Source: Breznakia sp. PF5-3
GTDB taxonomy: Bacteria > Bacillota_I > Bacilli_A > Erysipelotrichales > Erysipelotrichaceae
Length of the DNA stretch: 32,000 nucleotides
Direction: 5' to 3'
NCBI RefSeq assembly: GCF_029504745.1
Contig: NZ_JAQFIQ010000004.1
Span: 1 to 32,000 of the forward strand
Shown here: one piece after another, positions 1 through 9,346 of the stretch
How positions within the stretch are numbered: position 1 is the stretch's first letter
Layout: the number at the start of each line of letters is the position of its first letter
Notes under the pieces: model-generated
Databases searched by the model: none
What the model was told of the DNA's origin: nothing
Seen by the model: only the letters and a program-made list of their open reading frames with translations
Position numbers and translations under genes: made by a program

Positions 1-111
1 ATGTTTAATCGTCTTTATAGGAATGTCATACCTCGCAGCAATTGTTGAAGTACTCACACCAGAATCTTTTTCTAAAACAATCTTCTTTTTAATTTCGTTA
101 GTCAACTTCAT
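1..111 (-). CDS. partial CDS (first 37 codons, continues past window edge): helix-turn-helix protein with IS/transposase-OrfA-like N-terminus
   Basis: Reverse-strand ATG at 111-109 preceded by an AAAGGGGG SD. Translation MKLTNEIKKKIVLEKDSGVSTSTIAARYDIPIKTIKH shows a typical HTH pattern (G-x-S-x3-IA-x3-I-x3-TI). Too short for the ORF track; family call is by eye only. Confidence 0.4.
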   Translation of the reverse strand, partial: MKLTNEIKKKIVLEKDSGVSTSTIAARYDIPIKTIKH

Positions 112-117
112 AAGAAA

Positions 118-155
118 AACCCCCTTTGTTAGTTTATTGTCTAACTTTGGGGGTT
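118..155 (-). promoter_or_regulatory. stem-loop followed by a U-run directly upstream of, and including the SD of, the partial HTH gene
   Basis: AACCCCC (118-124) pairs with GGGGGTT (149-155), and inner GTTAG (128-132) pairs with CTAAC (141-145). On the minus strand the hairpin is followed by TTTTTCTT and then the ATG. Confidence 0.45.
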
Positions 156-237
156 CACATCAGTTGTAGTTCTTTTTTTGAACTTTTATGAACCTGTTTT
201 GTGAGAAATGCGTCCAATAGTAAGCGGAGGAAAGAAA

Positions 238-1620
238 ATGAGAAAAAGAATATTAAAAAGAACAGGGCTTTTATTTTTACTTACTGGAGTAATGGTGATG
301 GCTTTTACTGCTAGTAATCCATTATTGGACACATATGCAGATGATGGAGTAATGCAAATTAGTGTAAATGCAGATGAGCAGAATGTTTCAATAAATGGAA
401 TGGATTGTGATGGGACAATTCCAACAACAGACGTTAATGAAGAATATTTTATTAATTTATTTGATGCGAAAATTGATGGAAATGTAAATGAAGTGATACA
501 TGTAGATTATACTTCTTTAAAAGGTGGAATAAATGTTGATAAACTTGGTATACATACGATTAGATTTTATTCGGAAAATCCAAGTATCATGGAAAAAGAA
601 GTAAGTGTATTAGTGACTCAAAAAGATATTCTAGAAGTGTGTGATCTTAATGATGATTATCAGTTTACAGCATATAATATAGTTATATCTGCTGATAAAG
701 CAGAAAATATTACGAATGAGGATATTATAAAGTTATCACAAGCACAAATAATTCGTTTAAGTGATTTGGAAGAAATGGAAGTTATAGTTGAATCAACAAC
801 TTTACTTGCTGAAAGAGGAGAATATACAGCGAAACTAGTTATGAAAGAGAATCCTCAGATTTCTAAAACAATTATAATAAAAGTAGTAAAGGATTGTCCT
901 TTGGTTGTTGAATATCAACAAAATGCAGAAGACTTTACAGTGAAACGTAGTGAACTTGCTAATTTAACCAAAGCAGATTATATTGCTCGTTCCAAAGCAG
1001 AAATAAAGAAAGCAGTTGATATGGATGCGGATTGCAATCCAATTTATGAGGCTTTAGAATTAGAAATTGATGCTTATCCAAAAGGGGATGAAGATGAGTT
1101 TTTTATGAGCTTTTCTGCAAAAGGTGAATATGGTATTCAAGTAGTTTCTAAAATTACGATTGTTGAAGATTCAAAGCCTAATCTAATTATTCAAAAAAAT
1201 GATCTTGAACTTACACTTGAAGATTTAAATACAATCACAGCAGAAAAGTTGATTGAATTATTGGATATATCTTTTACAGTAGAAGATACTTTGAGTAGAT
1301 CATTACCAACAGCAGCAGACGTTGTTATCAATGCAGAAGATTTAGACGCTTTAAAGAGTGTTTCGTCGGCTGGAGAATATTATGTAAGATTTACAGTGAA
1401 TTATAAAGGGTATGAATACGATTCTAAAATCATGGTAACAATTGTGGATACTGGTAAAAAAGCTCCTGCTGTAGCTGGAAGTACAACGGCAAAAGGTAAT
1501 AATATGACAGCTACATCAAATGCTGTAAATACTTCAGATCAAAAAAACACACCAGTTTATGCTCTGTTGTTATTGGCAAGTGTTATGATTTTGAAAAGAA
1601 ATTATAAAACAGAAGAATAG
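238..1620 (+). CDS. secreted repeat-containing cell-surface protein with C-terminal hydrophobic anchor
   Basis: ORF track 208-1620. The ATG at 238 has a GGAGGA SD 7 nt upstream and gives MRKRILKRTGLLFLLTGVMVMAFTA, a signal peptide (likely cleavage after TYA). The body has repeated modules ending G-E-Y-x(n)-I-x-V-V (Ig-like/DUF5011-style). The C-terminus is PVYALLLLASVMILKRNYKTEE. Confidence 0.7.
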   Translation: MRKRILKRTGLLFLLTGVMVMAFTASNPLLDTYADDGVMQISVNADEQNVSINGMDCDGTIPTTDVNEEYFINLFDAKIDGNVNEVIHVDYTSLKGGINVDKLGIHTIRFYSENPSIMEKEVSVLVTQKDILEVCDLNDDYQFTAYNIVISADKAENITNEDIIKLSQAQIIRLSDLEEMEVIVESTTLLAERGEYTAKLVMKENPQISKTIIIKVVKDCPLVVEYQQNAEDFTVKRSELANLTKADYIARSKAEIKKAVDMDADCNPIYEALELEIDAYPKGDEDEFFMSFSAKGEYGIQVVSKITIVEDSKPNLIIQKNDLELTLEDLNTITAEKLIELLDISFTVEDTLSRSLPTAADVVINAEDLDALKSVSSAGEYYVRFTVNYKGYEYDSKIMVTIVDTGKKAPAVAGSTTAKGNNMTATSNAVNTSDQKNTPVYALLLLASVMILKRNYKTEE

Positions 1621-1626
1621 GTATTA

Positions 1627-1651
1627 AAGCTGCAATAACGCAGCTTTTTTT
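1627..1651 (+). terminator. intrinsic terminator of the surface-protein gene
   Basis: AGCTGC-aataac-GCAGCT followed by TTTTTTT. Confidence 0.7.
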
Positions 1652-1765
1652 ATGAATGAACTCGGATGAAAATAAAATCATATTTATGTATTTATAGAGC
1701 TGTATTTATCATGGGTTTGAACTTGTGAAATAATTATTTTTTGCCTTTATTTTGACCCTTGTTTA

Positions 1766-1774
1766 TGCTATACT
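1766..1774 (+). promoter_or_regulatory. extended -10 promoter (TGCTATACT) for eno
   Basis: TATGCTATACT lies about 40 nt upstream of the eno start. The same TATGCTATA(A/C)T element precedes ssrA and tRNA-Arg. Confidence 0.45.
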
Positions 1775-1811
1775 AAATTCGTGATATATAAATACACAAG
1801 GAGGAATTTAG

Positions 1812-3125
<1,314 letters not shown>

Positions 3126-3130
3126 TTTAA

Positions 3131-3155
3131 AATACCCTTTTTAGGGTATTTTTAC
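3131..3155 (+). terminator. intrinsic terminator after eno
   Basis: AATACCC-tttttA-GGGTATT followed by TTT. Confidence 0.7.
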
Positions 3156-3260
3156 TTTATTGATAAAAAAACGAACTTTTTACCAATATAATGTGTCTTA
3201 CATAATGGAAGATGCCCGCCCTCAAAAGATATAACATTCTTTTCATGGGGTATTTACAAA

Positions 3261-3287
3261 AAGCAGAAAATACTTCTGCTTTTTTAA
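3261..3287 (+). terminator. orphan intrinsic terminator in the eno-secG spacer
   Basis: AAGCAGAA-aatac-TTCTGCTT followed by TTTT. There is no ORF upstream of it. Confidence 0.55.
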
Positions 3288-3435
3288 TTTGTTAGAGTAT
3301 AAATCTAATAATAAAAAAGTTATGATTTAAGTTCTCATTTACTTGGAGATGGTATTGATGTAGTAAATTCTATGAATCTTTTATAAAAAACGTAGATAAA
3401 TTCTAGGGCTTGTGAAGATTATAATTGATTTTTTA

Positions 3436-3463
3436 TTGAAATTTACTTGGACTATGATATAAT
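3436..3463 (+). promoter_or_regulatory. sigma-A type promoter for secG-rnr operon
   Basis: TTGAAA (3436-3441), 16-nt spacer, then TGaTATAAT (extended -10, hexamer 3458-3463). Confidence 0.55.
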
Positions 3464-3491
3464 AGTATGGCAATGAAAGGAGGATGTTGAA

Positions 3492-3710
3492 ATGTTAGAT
3501 ATTTTGTTAATGGTTGTTGCAGTAGCTATTATCGTCCTTTCGTTATTACAAAGTGGAAAATCTGACGGTATTAGCGGTGCCTTTACCGGAGGTGAGGGTT
3601 TGAACTTATTCGCTAATGTCAAAGAACGAGGACCTGAGAAAATAATAGCTAATATTACATTGGTTTTAGGAATTATTTTCTTTGTGTTAGTAATATTAAT
3701 TAGACTATAA
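3492..3710 (+). CDS. secG: preprotein translocase subunit SecG
   Basis: 72 aa with two TM segments flanking the G-rich loop GKSDGISGAFTGGEG. SD is AAAGGAGG. Sits in the conserved position upstream of rnr/smpB. Confidence 0.9.
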   Translation: MLDILLMVVAVAIIVLSLLQSGKSDGISGAFTGGEGLNLFANVKERGPEKIIANITLVLGIIFFVLVILIRL

Positions 3711-3711
3711 G

Positions 3712-3735
3712 AAAAGACCAATTGGTCTTTTTTTT
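3712..3735 (+). terminator. hairpin with T-run after secG (probably a partial terminator)
   Basis: AAAGACC-aatt-GGTCTTT followed by TTTTT. Confidence 0.55.
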
Positions 3736-3756
3736 AAAGAGAAGGGAGGGATAATA

Positions 3757-5847
3757 ATGAACTATACGAATATGATATTAAATACCATTCAATCAAACAA
3801 ATATAAGGGCTTAGATGTAAATGGGTTTAAAGAAGCATTTTCTGTTTCGTCAAGTCAGGAATTGACCCAATTGATGAAATCACTAAATCGTTTGGAAGAT
3901 GAGTATATTATTATTCAAAATGAAAAGAATCAATATTTCCCTTTGGAGAAGTTAGGTTATTTTGTTGGAGTGTTGCGTAAAAATCCTAAAGGTTTTGGTT
4001 TTGTTGAAAATGATGAAATGAGTATATATGCAAATCGCTATGAAATTGTTAAGTATTTAGATGGTGATGAGGTGTTGGCTCGCATTATTCATAATCGAGA
4101 TGATAGTATTGAATGTGAAGTCATTAAGGTGATTTCACATTCAAAACATACAGTTATAGGGGTAATTAAGAAGAAAAATAATCGGACATGGTTTTTACCA
4201 GATACACCGATGCCAAATCAGAAGTTTAAAATTCGTAATTTAAAAGATTTTAAATTAGTAAATGATACGAAAGTTCAATTGTATATTGAAAAGTTTGGAA
4301 AAACTTTAGAATGTACAATTTTGCAGATTATTGGTCATAAATATGATCCAGGAATTGATATTTTAAGTATTTTGTTGGAACATGATATTGAGCCTGCATT
4401 TCCTAAAGGTGTACTTCAAGAAGCAGATCAGATAAAGGAAGAAATTACAGAAGATGATAAAAAAGGTCGATTGGATTTACGTGATGAATTAACCATTACA
4501 ATCGATGGCGAAGATTCAAAAGACTTAGATGATGCTATAAGCGTGAAACGTAAGGGCAAGAACTATGTGCTAGGCGTGCATATCGCTGATGTGTCTTATT
4601 ATGTCAAAGAAGGAAGTTTGTTAGATAAAGAGGCTTATAAGCGCGGTACGAGTGTGTATGTAGTGGATCGTGTAGTACCAATGTTGCCTCATGTACTATC
4701 GAATGGAATTTGTAGCCTTAATGAAAAGGTAGAACGGCTTACTCTTTCATGTATCATGGAAATCAATCATCATGGAGAAGTTGTTGACTACAAGATTGCA
4801 CCATCTTATATTAAAACAACAAGACGAATGACATATACAAATGTAAATCTTATTTTGAATGGTAATCAGAAAGTGCAAAAGAAATTTGATGATCTTTTAG
4901 AGATGCTGGATGATGCTAAGCAGCTTTCTATGATTTTAAGGAAACGGAAAGATGCCTTAGGTGAAATTGATTTTGATAAAAAAGAAAGTAAGATTTTAGT
5001 TGATAAACAAGGAAAAGTAAAAGATATTGTTTTACGTGAACGAGGAGAAGCAGAACGCATCATTGAAGATTTTATGATTGCAGCGAATGAATGTGTAGCA
5101 GCGCATACAAAGCATTTGGATATGCCGAGTATTTATCGTGTTCATGAGACACCAGATCCTAAGAAGATGCGTGAATTTGCACATTTAGTGAATACAATGG
5201 GGTATACTTTAAAAGCAGATGTAAATCATGTATATCCAAAGCAATTACAGCAATTGCTTAAGCAAGCACATAAAGATCCATCTTTTGATGTATTATCTAC
5301 ATACATGTTACGTAGTATGAGAAAAGCACGTTATGATCAAAATTGTCTTGGGCATTTTGGTTTGGGATTGCAAGAGTATACACACTTTACTTCGCCAATA
5401 CGGAGGTATCCAGATTTAATCGTTCATCGTATGTTGAGAAAACATTATTTCAATCATGTTCATAATCTAGAAATGATTGAAAAAGATGAACACTTTATTG
5501 ATGAAGCCAGCGAACATACATCAAAAATGGAACGTAATGCAGTAGAAGCAGAACGTGACGTAGAAGATATGAAGAAATGTGAATATATGGAAGCATATAT
5601 TAATCATAAGTTCGATGGTGTTGTTTCTTCAATAACTAAGTTTGGGATGTTTGTGGAACTTGAAAATACAATTGAAGGACTAGTCCATATTTCTACTTTA
5701 AAAGATGATGTATATCACTATGATGATCGTGCTAAAGCATTAATTGCTCAGCATAGTGCAAAGCAATACAAAATGGGACAAAAAGTTAGAGTTAAAGTTA
5801 TAGATGCGTCGAAGTTTAAAAAACAAATTGATTTTGAAATCATATAG
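3757..5847 (+). CDS. rnr: ribonuclease R (RNB-family 3'-5' exoribonuclease)
   Basis: 696 aa. RNB catalytic region (TIDGEDSKDLDDAIS ... HFGLGLQEYTHFTSPIRRYPDLIVHR) and a C-terminal S1 domain (GVVSSITKFGMFVEL). Conserved context with smpB. Confidence 0.95.
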   Translation: MNYTNMILNTIQSNKYKGLDVNGFKEAFSVSSSQELTQLMKSLNRLEDEYIIIQNEKNQYFPLEKLGYFVGVLRKNPKGFGFVENDEMSIYANRYEIVKYLDGDEVLARIIHNRDDSIECEVIKVISHSKHTVIGVIKKKNNRTWFLPDTPMPNQKFKIRNLKDFKLVNDTKVQLYIEKFGKTLECTILQIIGHKYDPGIDILSILLEHDIEPAFPKGVLQEADQIKEEITEDDKKGRLDLRDELTITIDGEDSKDLDDAISVKRKGKNYVLGVHIADVSYYVKEGSLLDKEAYKRGTSVYVVDRVVPMLPHVLSNGICSLNEKVERLTLSCIMEINHHGEVVDYKIAPSYIKTTRRMTYTNVNLILNGNQKVQKKFDDLLEMLDDAKQLSMILRKRKDALGEIDFDKKESKILVDKQGKVKDIVLRERGEAERIIEDFMIAANECVAAHTKHLDMPSIYRVHETPDPKKMREFAHLVNTMGYTLKADVNHVYPKQLQQLLKQAHKDPSFDVLSTYMLRSMRKARYDQNCLGHFGLGLQEYTHFTSPIRRYPDLIVHRMLRKHYFNHVHNLEMIEKDEHFIDEASEHTSKMERNAVEAERDVEDMKKCEYMEAYINHKFDGVVSSITKFGMFVELENTIEGLVHISTLKDDVYHYDDRAKALIAQHSAKQYKMGQKVRVKVIDASKFKKQIDFEII

Positions 5848-5855
5848 GAGACGTT

Positions 5856-6998
5856 ATGAAAAAAATACTAATCGTTACGTTGTCATTCTTATTAGTAGCT
5901 TGTTCTGGTGGAAAATCAGATAAAGTAGAAAATAAGAAAGAAGATAAGCAAGAAGTAAAAAAAGAGGAAATTGTAGATATTTCATTTTCTGCTGTTGGAG
6001 ATAATTTAATTCATGAAGCAATTTATTATTATAATAGAGATGCAAATGGAAACTATAGCTTTGATGATATTTATACAAATACCAACTATCTTACAAAAGA
6101 TGCTGATATTTCTTACATCAACCAAGAGACTATTTGTGGTGGAACGGAATTAGGGTTATCAGGCTATCCAACATTTAATGGGCCTTATGAAATTTTAGAT
6201 GCTGTCCATAAAGCAGGATTTAATTGGTTGTCGGGTTCTAGTAATCATAGCTTTGATCGTGGCGAACAAGGGATTGTAAATGAGTTAAAGTATTTAGATA
6301 AATATCCTGATCTTACTGTGAGTGGAATTCAATCATCTGCCGATGCAGAGCGTTATCATATAAAGGAAGTTGATGGTGTAAAAGTTGGGATGATTGGATA
6401 TACATATGGTTTAAATGGGTTTGAATTACCAGCAGGAAAAGAATATCTAGTCAATCTTATAGATTTGGATGTAATAAAAGCAGATATGGAACAATTAAAT
6501 CAGATTAGTGATATCCAAGTTGTAAGTATGCATTGGGGCGAAGAATATCAGCTCGAAGAAAATGCTGAACAAGAAGAATTAGCACAATATCTTAGTGATT
6601 TAGGTGTAGATGTAATCATTGGTGGACATCCACATGTAATTCAACCTATGGATTATCTTAAAGGGGAAAATGGAAATGAAACATTGGTCATATATTCCCT
6701 AGGAAATTTCTTATCTGCGCAAGATGTAAATTATCGTATGCTTGGTGGCATGGCTCGTTGGACTATTAAATATAATAAAACAACAAAAGCGATTGCATTT
6801 GATGAAGTGGCATTTTGGCCAACCGTAACGTATATTTCAGATAATTTTAAAAACTATCGTACGTATGTATTGAAAGATTACACGGATGAATTAGCAAAAA
6901 CACATACATTAACATCACAAAATCAAGATGTTACAAGACAATACTTTATTGATTTGGTAGAGTCGGTGATGAATGATAAAGTAGAAATCATATATTAG
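5856..6998 (+). CDS. CapA-family (PGA_cap metallophosphatase-like) lipoprotein
   Basis: Lipobox in MKKILIVTLSFLLVAC. SAVGDN...H and GGHPHVIQP motifs are typical of the CapA/YwtB family. Confidence 0.8.
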   Translation: MKKILIVTLSFLLVACSGGKSDKVENKKEDKQEVKKEEIVDISFSAVGDNLIHEAIYYYNRDANGNYSFDDIYTNTNYLTKDADISYINQETICGGTELGLSGYPTFNGPYEILDAVHKAGFNWLSGSSNHSFDRGEQGIVNELKYLDKYPDLTVSGIQSSADAERYHIKEVDGVKVGMIGYTYGLNGFELPAGKEYLVNLIDLDVIKADMEQLNQISDIQVVSMHWGEEYQLEENAEQEELAQYLSDLGVDVIIGGHPHVIQPMDYLKGENGNETLVIYSLGNFLSAQDVNYRMLGGMARWTIKYNKTTKAIAFDEVAFWPTVTYISDNFKNYRTYVLKDYTDELAKTHTLTSQNQDVTRQYFIDLVESVMNDKVEIIY

Positions 6999-7004
6999 GA
7001 GGAA

Positions 7005-7457
7005 ATGATGAGGAAAGTTATTACATATAATCGAAAAGCGAAACATGATTATTTTATTGAAGATACTTTTGAAGCTGGACTTGTATTACATGGGACAGAA
7101 ATAAAATCAATTCGCAAAGGGTCAATTCAATTGAAAGAAGCATATATTTCGTTTATTGATCATGAAGCTTATATAAAAAACATGCATATTCCTCCTTATG
7201 AGTTTGGTAATATTTTTAATCATGATGAGACAAGGGATCGAAAATTGCTTTTACATCGTCATGAGATTAAAAAGCTTGAACAAAAGACAAGGTTACAAGG
7301 TTATACGATTGTACCTTTGTCTTTGTATTTGGAAAAAGGGAAAGCGAAGCTAGAAATTGCTTTGGCAAAAGGGAAGCATCTTTATGATAAACGAAATACA
7401 GAAAAACAAAGAGATGCAGATCGAATGATGCAAAAGGCAATCAAAAGATCTTATTAG
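7005..7457 (+). CDS. smpB: SsrA-binding protein SmpB
   Basis: 150 aa with NRKAKHDYFIED...GTEIKS... Immediately upstream of tmRNA. The second ATG at 7008 has better SD spacing (AGGAGG 6997-7002), so the start may be 7008. Confidence 0.93.
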   Translation: MMRKVITYNRKAKHDYFIEDTFEAGLVLHGTEIKSIRKGSIQLKEAYISFIDHEAYIKNMHIPPYEFGNIFNHDETRDRKLLLHRHEIKKLEQKTRLQGYTIVPLSLYLEKGKAKLEIALAKGKHLYDKRNTEKQRDADRMMQKAIKRSY

Positions 7458-7459
7458 TA

Positions 7460-7468
7460 TGCTATAAT
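7460..7468 (+). promoter_or_regulatory. extended -10 promoter (TGCTATAAT) for ssrA
   Basis: TATGCTATAAT lies about 23 nt upstream of the mature tmRNA 5' end. Confidence 0.55.
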
Positions 7469-7490
7469 AACTCTGTTATAGAAATATCCT

Positions 7491-7875
7491 GGGGCTGTAA
7501 AGGTTTCGACAGGAATATGTTTGGTATAAACTGCAGTCGTGTGATCCACGTTAATCATCAATCCAATTTAACTGGAAAAACTAAATTAGCTAACATCTTT
7601 GGTGGTAACCAAAGTGTTGCATTTGCTGCTTAATATAACCTAAAAACTGGTTGCAGCCAAATATCTTTGTGTAGCTTTCCACAAGATATTTTGTAAAGAT
7701 GAAAGATAAGGTAGTTATTTGTTAGTCTAGGATACTACACGAAAATCAAATAGATTAGATTAATAGATTTTCTTTTGTTTGCTTGAAACTATTAATTATT
7801 AAAGTAAACTAAACTGTAGAGGTTTATACGTGGGACTATTTTTGGACGCGAGTTCGACTCTCGCCAGCTCCACCA
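7491..7875 (+). ncRNA. ssrA: tmRNA (SsrA), 385 nt
   Basis: 5' end GGGGCTGTAAAGGTTTCGACAGG and 3' tRNA-like end GGACGCGAGTTCGACTCTCGCCAGCTCCACCA. Internal tag ORF at 7574-7630 reads GKTKLANIFGGNQSVAFAA, with a TAA stop at 7631-7633 (compare B. subtilis GKTNSFNQNVALAA). Confidence 0.95.
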
Positions 7876-7886
7876 ATATGAAAATG

Positions 7887-7908
7887 ACCCCTTAAATAAG
7901 GGGTTTTA
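7887..7908 (+). terminator. intrinsic terminator after ssrA
   Basis: ACCCCTT-aaat-AAGGGGT followed by TTTTA. Confidence 0.7.
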
Positions 7909-7999
7909 TTATGCTTAATTATAATTTGGTGTACTTTTGCATATGATTTGCAATAATTCCTATTTGAATCATGAGAATATTTTATTGCAGTATCGATTT

Positions 8000-8008
8000 T
8001 GTTATAAT
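8000..8008 (+). promoter_or_regulatory. extended -10 promoter (TGTTATAAT) upstream of the 143-aa membrane protein gene
   Basis: TGtTATAAT lies 40 nt upstream of the ATG at 8049. Confidence 0.4.
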
Positions 8009-8048
8009 GAAGATATCAATAATCTAGAATTTGTGGAGGTATTAGAAA

Positions 8049-8480
8049 ATGAAGAATATCTTGAAACTCTTAAGTGAAATTTTTGGCGAAATTGATTTCA
8101 TGGATTCTAAAGTGCAATTTTTTTTCTTTTTCCTAGGAGTGGTAATATTTCTTTTTGTTATTGCGATATTTCTATATTTTAAATTATTTATATCGAAATC
8201 AAATAAACAGGATGTTGAATCAATTGATAAAGCAATCATCAGGTTGAAAAAAATTATGCTATTTGATAAGATTGTACTTTTTATTGTTGTAATAATTATA
8301 TTTGTTTTAGGTGTTCTACATTTTTTTGAACTCATAGATATTTATCAGTATCCATTCAATATGGCTGCATTAGTGGCATTATCTTTAATACCTATTTTTC
8401 TTGTAGCTGTATTTGGAATAAGAGGAGGTATAAGTTCAAATCAACAAAAGTTAAATCAACTCAAAACGCTTAGAAAGTAA
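8049..8480 (+). CDS. hypothetical small membrane protein (3 predicted TM helices)
   Basis: 143 aa with a GGAGG SD. Hydrophobic runs FFFFFLGVVIFLFVIAIFLYF, IVLFIVVIIIFVLGVLHFF and AALVALSLIPIFLVAVFGI. No recognisable family. Confidence 0.6.
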   Translation: MKNILKLLSEIFGEIDFMDSKVQFFFFFLGVVIFLFVIAIFLYFKLFISKSNKQDVESIDKAIIRLKKIMLFDKIVLFIVVIIIFVLGVLHFFELIDIYQYPFNMAALVALSLIPIFLVAVFGIRGGISSNQQKLNQLKTLRK

Positions 8481-8597
8481 GTAATATTTTATGCACTTTC
8501 ATGATGATAAAACTTGAATGTTAAGATACGTTGCTTGTGGCAACTAGTGGGCTCTCTTATAATAGTGATACAACTGAAAGAAAGGAGGTTATTCTTA

Positions 8598-9107
8598 ATG
8601 TTAAACGAGAATATTAAAGCAATCAGAAAATCAAAAGGGCTTTCACAAGAAGAGCTCGCTATTAAGCTGAATGTGGTACGACAAACAATCTCTAAATGGG
8701 AGCAAGGATTGTCAGTTCCTGATTCTGATATGTTGATATCAATATCGGAAGTGTTTGAAACACCTGTAAGTACTTTGCTTGGAGAAACGATTCCTGAGAC
8801 GAAAGTTGATGACATAAAAGCGATTTCCGAAAAATTGGAGATTATAAACTTACAACTTGCACAAAGGAAGGTTACAAGACGAAAAACCCTTTATTGGTTA
8901 CTTATCCCATTGTGTGCCTTCATAGTAATAACTTTTGTGATCTTAACAGTATTAAATAGTCCTTACTTAGATTGGGATTATAATAATCCTGAAACCAGCG
9001 TTATTGGGGTAGCTTTTCATGCTTTTGAGTGGTTGTTTTTCAGATTAGCTCCAATCATACTTATAGGATCAATCATTGGAATTTTTTTAGTATGGAAGAA
9101 AGTATAA
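8598..9107 (+). CDS. XRE-family HTH transcriptional regulator with C-terminal double-TM anchor
   Basis: The ATG at 8598 has an AAGGAGG SD (the track ORF starts upstream at 8514). N-terminus MLNENIKAIRKSKGLSQEELAIKLNVVRQTISKWEQG is an HTH_3 domain. C-terminal TM segments are LYWLLIPLCAFIVITFVILTVL and LAPIILIGSIIGIFLVW. Confidence 0.8.
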   Translation: MLNENIKAIRKSKGLSQEELAIKLNVVRQTISKWEQGLSVPDSDMLISISEVFETPVSTLLGETIPETKVDDIKAISEKLEIINLQLAQRKVTRRKTLYWLLIPLCAFIVITFVILTVLNSPYLDWDYNNPETSVIGVAFHAFEWLFFRLAPIILIGSIIGIFLVWKKV

Positions 9108-9284
9108 AATACGATATTTTTGGATATAGTTCAAACTTTAAAAGTTCAGTTGGTAGAGATGGACAGTTAATCAAATGTCGGATGAGATAAAAAATAGTTA
9201 AGAATCGCTTTTTAATCAAGCATTATAGGTATGGATGGAGGAAGAGCGTAAAATGAATGATATTCTTAAAATTATGATTTCCTA

Positions 9285-9317
9285 TTGACACATTTTTAAT
9301 TATGTGATATTTATAAT
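9285..9317 (+). promoter_or_regulatory. candidate promoter of an ORF-free transcription unit
   Basis: Perfect TTGACA at 9285-9290. The A/T-rich downstream region has several possible -10 hexamers (TATTTA at 17 nt, TATAAT at 21 nt), so the exact -10 is ambiguous. Confidence 0.4.
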
Positions 9318-9318
9318 A

Positions 9319-9346
9319 TATAAGATATATAATAATATATCTTATA
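9319..9346 (+). repeat. perfect 12-bp inverted repeat with 4-nt spacer (TATAAGATATAT aata ATATATCTTATA)
   Basis: Read directly from the sequence. It lies immediately downstream of the candidate promoter, so it could be an operator or a 5' stem-loop. Confidence 0.8.

Noticed and set aside
208-237. Upstream start (ATG at 208) for the surface protein
   Set aside because: The ATG at 238 has a GGAGGA SD and yields a canonical signal peptide. The extra MRPIVSGGKK includes the SD itself.
3452-3721. 89-aa ORF antisense to secG
   Set aside because: It mirrors the secG CDS, and SecG is recognisable with a strong SD. The antisense frame is a shadow ORF.
9143-9180. tRNA-like fragment (AGTTCAGTTGGTAGAGATGGACAGTTAATCAAATGTCG)
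   Set aside because: It has a D-arm-like AGTTCAGTTGGTAGAG, but the D stem has a mismatch and the putative anticodon stem does not pair without a 3-nt insertion. There is no T arm or acceptor stem. It is probably chance or a very degraded remnant and cannot be supported.
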